A stretch of DNA of 64,000 nt, taken from positions 11,718,001 through 11,782,000 of the forward strand of contig NC_047018.1 in assembly GCF_902652985.1 (NCBI RefSeq), given 5' to 3'. The DNA comes from Pecten maximus (taxonomy: Eukaryota). Made by a program: the position numbers and the translations under genes. The notes beneath the pieces were generated by a model that did not search any database, had not been told where the DNA came from, and was given only the letters and a program-made list of their open reading frames with translations. Shown here piece by piece: positions 54,893-64,000 of the stretch (position 1 is the first letter of the stretch; each line of letters begins with the position of its first letter).

Positions 54893-55824
54893 TCCAGTTT
54901 ATATGTCACCAGTATCTGAGTTACGTGATTTGTATACATTATATCTATTGTAAACTGTTAAGAATCTATGCATTTTTGTTGTTTTTACACAAAACATCTT
55001 GTAACCATTTGTTAAACAGGTGGTGATATAATTATGTGTTTTATTGTGATGTTTCTATTGCAGTAAATTCACAACGGTAATCTTCTGCTGAAATATTTTT
55101 TATTTATTTTTGTATACAATTTTCATTGTGGATTTTAATATTTTCTAATTTTCTGAATTTGTATATTATGAGAACATAAAATGGGAACATTTTCTAAGGA
55201 CATGTACATTATGATTACAAGAGAACTAACCATTCCAGTGATGTAAAGTGAGATTTTAGGAGTTCTCTCCCCTTAGTTACAATTGAGAGGAAAAGCAACT
55301 GTTCAATCAGTAGTCTATGGGTTTAACATGTACAATAGATAAAGGAATTAATTCATAGACTTAGATAGAAAGCCAAAGCATTAGAAGGAATTGTAATACA
55401 TATGTGTATAATGAAATGGTAATGTGTGTAGTGAAACAGGTACCACAAAACTAAATGTTTTTTAGTTCATAATTGTGAAATATATTTTTACTTCTATGAT
55501 TTTTGGTATCAGCAGATTAAGACACAGACAACATAATTTAAGTCATTACTACTTACTGTCTATGAAACTATTTGCTGCAATAAATGGAAAATTGTAAAAC
55601 TGACAGTGTGAGTGGAGATTCTGTGTTACCCATTACATGAGCGTTTTGCTGTTTTCTGTTGTAAATAATTGGCTCTTCATCCTGTTGACCTAGGTCAGAT
55701 ATTTACCACTAACCTAATTGAAGATAATACATGATAGCCTAGTAGATGGTACTATGTGAAGAGTGTAGAGTTCTGGATAGGAAGGGAGAGAAACAGCTTG
55801 GTTTGTTCTGATAATCATAACCTA

Positions 55825-56200
55825 TTCTAATCCCCTTTTGTCGGTCGTCGTGCGTCCGTAAACAATTTACATTTTCGACTTCTCCAAAACCCCTAAACCA
55901 AATTCAATGTGGCAGGAAGCTTCTATGGCTAAAGGTCAACCAAAATTGTGAATTATATGGTCCTCACCCCAAAGGGGCCTGAGGGGCGGGGCTAAAAATT
56001 TGTTGGATTTCTATTGGAATTCATTCTAGTTTGGTTAACATTATCAGTATGGGATAACAGATTGATGGTATGCACATGTTGGCCCTGACTGACCCCCGGG
56101 GGCTAATGGGCGGGGCTAAAAAGGGTCAAATTAACAAAAACTTCAAAAATCTTCTTCTCCTCTCTCAGATATGGTGGAATCAAACACTCTTCATATAAAT
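55825..56200 (+). mobile_element. HINE-like fragment
   Basis: tgtcggtcgtcgtgcgtccgtaaacaatttacattttcgacttctcc head; ggcggggctaaaaagggtcaaatt motif related to 28215-28265. Confidence 0.55.
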
Positions 56201-56203
56201 AAG

Positions 56204-57572
56204 ATGTACCAGATTATCCCTACATAATGGTGTACCAGATTATCCCTACATAATGGTGTACAAGATTATCCGTGTATAATGGTGTACCAGATTATCTATA
56301 CATTATGGTGTACCAGATTATCCCTATATCATGGTGTACCAGATTATCCCTACATAATGGTGTACCAGATTATCCCTATACCATGGTGTACCAGATTATC
56401 CCTATATCATGGTTTACCAGATTATCCCTACATAATGGTGTACCAGATTATCCCTATATCATGGTGTACCAGATTATCCCTACATAATAGTGTACCAGAT
56501 TATCCCTACATAATGGTGTACTAGATTATCCCTACATAATGGTGTACCAGATTATCCCTATATCATGGTGTACCAGATTATCCCTACATCATGGTGTACA
56601 AGATTATCCCTATATCATGGTGTACCAGATTATCCCTATATCATGGTGTACCAGATTATCCCTATATCATGGTGTACCAGATTATCCCTACATCATGGTG
56701 TACCAGATTATCCCTATATCATGGTTTACCAGATTATCCCTACATAATGGTGTACCAGATTATCCCTATATCATGGTGTACCAGATTATCCCTACATAAT
56801 AGTGTACCAGATTATCCCTACATAATAGTATACCAGATTATCCCTACATAATGGTGTACCAGATTATCCCTATATCATGGTGTACCAGATTATCCCTATA
56901 TCATGGTGTACTAGATTATCCCTATATCATGGTGTACCAGATTATCCCTATATCATGGTGTACCAGATTATCCCTTTATCATGGTGTACCAGATTATCCC
57001 TATATCATGGTGTACCAGATTATCCCTATATAATGGTGTACAAGATTATCCCTATATAATGGTGTACCAGATTATCTATACATTATGGTGTACCAGATTA
57101 TCCCTACATAATAGTGTACCAGATTATCCCTACATAATGGTGTACCAGATTATCCCTATATCATGGTGTACCAGATTATCCCTATATCATGGTGTACCAG
57201 ATTATCCCTACATAATAGTGTACCAGATTATCCCTACATAATGGTGTACCAGATTATCCTTATATCATGGTGTACCAGATTATCCCTATATCATGGTATA
57301 CCAGATTATCCCTACATCATGGTGTACCAGATTATCCCTACATAATGGTGTACCAGATTATCCCTATATAATGGTGTACCAGATTATCCCTATATCATGG
57401 TGTACCAGATTATCCCTACATCATGGTGTACCAGATTATCCCTACATAATAGTGTACCAGATTATCCCTATATAATGGTGTACCAGATTATCCCTATATC
57501 ATAGTGTACCAGATTATCCCTATATAATGGTGTACCAGATTATCCCTATATCATGGTGTACCAGATTATCCA
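56204..57572. repeat. 26-bp minisatellite (ggtgtaccagattatcccta(c/t)at(a/c)at), about 52 copies
   Basis: Directly visible tandem array. Confidence 0.97.
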
Positions 57573-57741
57573 TACACTGACAGGTACCAGAATTTACTAT
57601 AAGTTTTATATACTATTTATTTTATTACAGTTATGATGCAACTTCATAACCTATATTGTTAACTATGCCACCCAGTCATGTATTGTTATAAACTGACCTA
57701 GGTATACCACGAATCTGTAACATCAGAAAACAGCTTTATGT

Positions 57742-58487
57742 CATCTTACTTTACAATGGTAACTTGACTAGGTCAGTTATAACATCTTACTTTATAATGG
57801 TAACTTGACTAGGTCAGTTATAACATCTTACTTTACAATGGTAACTTGACTAGGTCAGTTATAACATCTTACTTTACAATGGTAACTTGACTAGGTCAGT
57901 TATAACATCTTACTTTACAATGGTAACTTGACTAGGTCAGTTATAACATCTTACTTTATAATGGTAACTTGGTTAGGTCAGTTATAACATCTTACTTTAC
58001 AATTGGTAACTTGACAAGGTCAGTTATAACATCTTACTTTACATTGGTAACTTGACAAGGTCAGTTATAACATCTTACTTTACATTGGTAACTTGACAAG
58101 GTCAGTTATAACATCTTACTTTACATTGGTAACTTGACTAGGTCAGTTTAACATCTTACTTTACAATGGTAACTTGACTAGGTCAGTTATAACATCTTAC
58201 TTTACAATGGTAACTTAATTGACTAGGTCAGTTATAACATCTTACTTTACAATGGTAACTTGGTTAGGTCAGTTATAACATCTTACTTTACAATGGTAAC
58301 TTGGTTAGGTCAGTTATAACATCTTACTTTACAATGGTAACTTGACTAGGTCAGTTATAACATCTTACTTTACAATGGTAACTTGGTTAGGTCAGTTATA
58401 ACATCTTACTTTACAATGGTAACTTGACTAGGTCAGTTATAACATCTTACTTTACAATGGTAACTTGGTTAGGTCAGTTATAACATC
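57742..58487. repeat. 41-bp minisatellite (cttactttacaatggtaacttgactaggtcagttataacat), about 18 copies
   Basis: Directly visible tandem array. Confidence 0.97.
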
Positions 58488-59374
58488 AGAAAACAGTTCT
58501 TACTGACTTAGTCAAGTTACCAGAGTATGGTAAGTTGACAATGCTGTTACATCATGTTTTGTTATTTACAACAATAAATGTAGCAACTAGTAACAAGTGT
58601 GGGACAAGTAATGTTATACAGCTAACCTATCACAACATGAAGCACTGTTTAATTACTATGGTGAAATCAACCTGGCCAGACTGCATGACCGCTCTGTACA
58701 AAGTGTGGGAATTCTAGGTCTTTTCATTAAATCTTGCTGGTCAAAGTGTTACACAATATAACAATGTGTATTTGTATGGTTATCTAATCTGTGGACCACC
58801 CAAGAGGACATACAAATAAAAACAAGTTTTGTTATTGGTGCAAGATGTATTGCTCCTTTTGTGACCTTCAACATTACAACATTAATCAACCCAAGAACGT
58901 GTTTCCGATTTTATCTGTATAAGATATTGATGAGACTAAGACTTGTTAATGCGCTAGAAAGTTGACAATACTTCTTAAATTTTGTATAACTATAAAAGAA
59001 GATCATGTCTTTTTAGGTGAACAGTACTTTTGATTTAGTTGACTGGCAAAATTGTCCTGTCAACACATCAAGGTCATGTCAGGAGTCTGATGGACTAATT
59101 TCAGGACAAGTTTATTGTGCCATTTCACAGAAATGCCCTGCCACAAGAACATTGGCATGGCATAACTTTTCTACCAACGGGTATATTCTGATTATGACAT
59201 TGAAGACTGACATGGATTACCCTGATATCAAAGTTGTTGAAAAATCAAGAGATACAAGTGACCTTGGCAAGTTTTGTTGAGATTTATCTACTAGTATGGG
59301 ACAGAGTTGGCTGAATGGGGATTTATTTAGAGTGGATGTAAGAGAGATTTATTTTGTGGTTTGTGTAGAGATTT

Positions 59375-60107
59375 TGTGGTGGATGGCTATTCAAATCGCC
59401 CTGTCTGTTGTCCGTCCGTCTGTTTGTAAACAACCCTTGTTGTGGTTATTTCTTGAAAAGTACTGTAGGGATATTTCTAAAACATCATATGTAGATTCCC
59501 ATTGGTCCCTAGTTGTGCCAATTCAATTTAGATGGTTGGTCAGAAAAACAAAAGTGGCTGCCATCTTGGATTTTGATAATTGAAGTTTGTTATCTCTATT
59601 TCTTGAAAATTACTGTAGGTATATCTCTCAAACTTCATGTGTAGGTTCACCTTGGTCCCTAGTTAGTTCAGTAGTTGCGCCAATTTAATTACGTTTTTTG
59701 GTCAGTAAAAGAAAATGGCCGACAGGCAGCCACCTATTGTATTTTGAGGATGGAAGTTGGTTATCGCTATTTCTTGAAAAGTACAGGAGGGATATATCTC
59801 AAACATGATGAGTATGTTCCCCTTGGTCGCAAATTGTGCAATTTTAATTTAGATTATTGATCAGAAAACAAAATGGCTGATAGGCAGCCATCTTGGATTT
59901 TGATAATTGAAATTTGTTATCACAATTTCTTGAAAGTCCTGGAGGGATATTCCTCAAACTTCATGTATAGGTTCCCCTTGTTCTTGTTATCAGATTATTA
60001 AGAGAGAAAGAAGAAAGAAGGGAAAAGTAGAGAGAAGAGTATTCTGACATAGAACCAGTAAATAACATTCAAATTCAGGCACCAAGATCCTTCTGGGATC
60101 TCTTGTT
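59375..60107 (+). mobile_element. HINE-like element of the 155-bp-unit family, about 3.5 diverged units
   Basis: ctgtctgttgtccgtccgtctgt head, units similar to 9227-10090, and the 3' hairpin agatccttctgggatct-cttgtt. Confidence 0.75.
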
Positions 60108-60119
60108 AAGTGTTAGGTG

Positions 60120-60219
60120 AGGGAGAGATTTATTAAGTGTGAGTGTAGGAGAGATTTATTGAGTGTGAGTGTAGGAGAGATTTATTGAGTGTGAGTGTAG
60201 GAGAGATTTATTGAGTGAG
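60120..60219. repeat. 26-bp minisatellite (ggagagatttattgagtgtgagtgta) x4
   Basis: Directly visible. Confidence 0.9.
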
Positions 60220-62728
60220 TTTTAGTGTTATCATACACACAATTTGTGTTACCATACACACAATTTAGTGTTATCATACACACAATTTAGTGTTACCATA
60301 CACACAATTTAGTGTTACCATACAAACAATTTAGTGTTATCATACACACAATTTAGTGTTATCATACACTCAATTTAGTGTTATCGTACACACAATTTAG
60401 TGTTATCGTACACACAGTTTAGTGTTACCATACACACAATTTAGTGTTATTGTACACAAAATTTAGTGTTATCATACACACAATTTAGTGTTATCATACA
60501 CACAATTTAGTGTTATCGTACACACAATTTAGTGTTACCATACACACAATTTAGTGTTATCGTACACACAGTTTAGTATTACCATACACACAATTTAGTG
60601 TTATTGTACACAAAATTTAGTGTTATCGTACACACAATTTAGTGTTATCGTACACACAATTTAGTGTTACCATACACACAATTTAGTGTTATCGTACACA
60701 CAATTTAGTGTTATCGTACACACAATTTAGTGTTACCATACACACAATTTAGTGTTACCATACACACAATTTAGTGTTATCGTACACACAATTTAGTGTT
60801 ATCGTACACACAATTTAGTGTTATCGTACACACAATTTAGTGTTACCATACACACAATTTAGTATTACCATACACACAATTTAGTGTTATCATACACTCA
60901 ATTTAGTGTTACCGTACACACAATTTAGTGTTATCGTACACACAATTTAGTGTTATCATACACACAATTTAGTGGTATCATACACTCAATTTAGTGTTAC
61001 CGTACACACAATTTAGTGTTACCATACACACAATTTAGTGTTATCATACACACAATTTAGTGTTACCATACACACAATTTAGTGTTACCATACACACAAT
61101 TTAGTGTTATCATACACACAATTTAGTGTTATCATACACTCAATTTAGTGTTACCGTACACACAATTTAGTGTTATCGTACACACAATTTAGTGTTACCA
61201 TACACACAATTTAGTGTTATCGTACACACAATTTAGTGTTATCGTACACACAATTTAGTGTTACCATACACACAATTTAGTGTTACCATACACACAATTT
61301 AGTGTTATCGTACACACAATTTAGTGTTATCGTACACACAATTTAGTGTTATCGTACACACAATTTAGTGTTACCATACACACAATTTAGTGTTACCATA
61401 CACACAATTTAGTGTTATCATACACTCAATTTAGTGTTACCGTACACACAATTTAGTGTTATCGTACACACAATTTAGTGTTATCATACACACAATTTAG
61501 TGGTATCATACACTCAATTTAGTGTTACCGTACACACAATTTAGTGTTACCATACACACAATTTAGTGTTATCATACACACAATTTAGTGTTACCATACA
61601 CACAATTTAGTGTTATCATACACACAATTTAGTGTTATCATACACTCAATTTAGTGTTACCGTACACACAATTTAGTGTTATCGTACACACAATTTAGTG
61701 TTACCATACACACAATTTAGTGTTATCGTACACACAATTTAGTGTTATCATACACTCAATTTAGTGTTATCGTACACACAATTTAGTGTTACCATACACA
61801 CAATTTAGTGTTATCGTACACTCAATTTAGTGTTATCGTACACACAATTTAGTGTTATCATACACACAATTAAGTGTTACCATACACACAATTTAGTGTT
61901 ACCATACACACAATTTAGTGTTACCATACACACAATTTAGTGTTATCGTACACACAATTTAGTGTTACCATACACACAATTTAGTGTTATCATACACACA
62001 ATTTAGTGTTACCATACACACAATTTAGTGTTACCATACACACAATTTAGTGTTATCATACACACAATTTAGTGTTATCATACACTCAATTTAGTGTTAC
62101 CGTACACACAATTTAGTGTTATCGTACACACAATTTAGTGTTACCATACACACAATTTAGTGTTATCGTACACACAATTTAGTGTTACCATACACACAAT
62201 TTAGTGTTATCATACACACAATTTAGTGTTATCATACACACAATTTAGTGTTACCATACACACAATTTAGTGTTACCATACACACAATTTAGTGTTATCA
62301 TACACACAATTTAGTGTTATCATACACTCAATTTAGTGTTACCGTACACACAATTTAGTGTTATCGTACACACAATTTAGTGTTACCATACACACAATTT
62401 AGTGTTATCGTACACACAATTTAGTGTTATCATACACTCAATTTAGTGTTATCGTACACACAATTTAGTGTTACCATACACACAATTTAGTGTTATCGTA
62501 CACTCAATTTAGTGTTATCGTACACACAATTTAGTGTTATCGTACACACAATTTAGTGTTATCATACACACAATTAAGTGTTACCATACACACAATTTAG
62601 TGTTACCATACACACAATTTAGTGTTATCGTACACACAATTTAGTGTTACCATACACACAATTTAGTGTTATCATACACACAATTTAGTGTTACCATACA
62701 CACAATTTAGTGTTATCATACACACAGC
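60220..62728. repeat. 22-bp satellite, same unit as 52363-53186, about 114 copies
   Basis: Directly visible tandem array ending in the same junction, cacacagcttaggatgg. Confidence 0.97.
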
Positions 62729-64000
62729 TTAGGATGGTGTGTTGTGTTCAGTGTATTGTGATCATTTGTAGATGACTAGATTTACCATTTTTACATATTA
62801 CTTGTTTATTTGTAGAAGAGGAGAGAAATATGATGTAGATATATACCACATGCTACAATGTGCCTTTATAGAGTTTTAATTTTACTTTATTTTATTGCAT
62901 GATGACAAAGATCACCCAATAGTATAATGAAGAAAATCATTATCATTCAATTCAAGTAGCGTATTTATATTTCTACCACAATACTCTGTGTTATTCCACT
63001 TTTGGGCCTTTGTATAAATGTGCCGACTGTTGTATACAGTTTTTCCACTAGTGATATATAACCTTTCAGTCTTTTGATTGGTCAAGAATTCAAATTTTGA
63101 CCCAAGCTGCAAGTGTTATTGACGTCATCAATAATCGAATGACCTCACATGACCAGGTCTCGGCCATCACTTGTACAACTTATTTGCTTGCGAGAAATAA
63201 GACTTGGCCGCGTTTCCATTTGATTCAAGCCAATATTATTGTGGTAGAAACAGGTCACACGACTCTTAATATTTGGATATGAAATTTATTTTACACTAAT
63301 AAATTATGTTTTAAAAGTTACAAAAGACACTTGCTAAAGCTTGTCTTTTTTATTTATTTTTTTTTAAATAACTTACACGTGTAAAATAAATTCCATATCC
63401 AACAGTCACTCTTGTAACCTCAATATATCTTTGTATAATCAAAAATCACCCATGCCAGAACAAAAACTGTTTTTCGTATAGATATGTTAATGCATTAAGT
63501 ACTTGTATGATATTTTTCATAGTTTTACCATTTCTTTACCAAATACAATGTTTTTCAGTTCATGGGAAATCCTGTTCCATTTCTATCAAGTGCCCATATT
63601 TTAGATAGAAATGGTCCTCTTTTTTATGTAGCATTTCGTTCCGATATTGTTTTTTAGTTTCAGATCTGTAGAGTACCAAGGTTGATATAATCTCTCTGTT
63701 ATATCATAACAAAATTAGATTGATGGAAGTGGACGACACTGATCAAGTCTGAATCTCTGTGATATATATCCAGTACAATACGAGTTATTGTTGATACACC
63801 ATCATTACAAAAAATCTAATATTGATTGTTTCATTACTTCTAGTTTTGTACCTTCTTTATGACATGCACCCATATTTATTTTTGATTTCATTCATCAAAG
63901 AATATGAGAGTTTTGACTGAGTGGAGTAACTGTGTAAGATAGAGGTGTGATGCTGAAATTGATGTAATAAAGTATATCTAGTGACTGAGTGGTTATACTT
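62729..64000 (+). repeat. Duplicated block, copy 2; runs off the window
   Basis: Near-identical to 53187-54477. Confidence 0.95.

Noticed and set aside
34869-62728. Regular short-repeat arrays as CRISPR arrays
   Set aside because: Units are head-to-tail with no unique spacers, there are no cas genes, and the context is eukaryotic.

Overview
This is AT-rich, intron-containing animal genomic DNA. The repeat landscape suggests a bivalve mollusc (inference). Five genes can be built exon by exon from splice signals and protein motifs: the 5' part of STIL (- strand, running off the left edge), head-to-head with CMPK1 (UMP-CMP kinase, +, 199 aa); COA7 (-, 227 aa), head-to-head with an intronless 836-aa ORF of unknown family (+); and SPTLC1 (+, 15 coding exons, about 489 aa, GC-AG first coding intron). 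Intronic and intergenic DNA holds many minisatellites, Helentron-type non-autonomous elements, a tRNA-bearing miniature LTR retrotransposon and a duplicated block of at least 1.3 kb at the right end. The most striking pattern is tandem repeats seeded on exon-end/5' splice-donor junctions, seen at six junctions in three genes. These produce arrays of up to about 14 competing donors, some in frame. Also notable: the 836-aa protein carries a SUMO-interacting motif and two copies of a helical motif resembling the MORC3/MORC4 C-terminal end. Protein identifications rest on recalled homolog sequences, not database searches.
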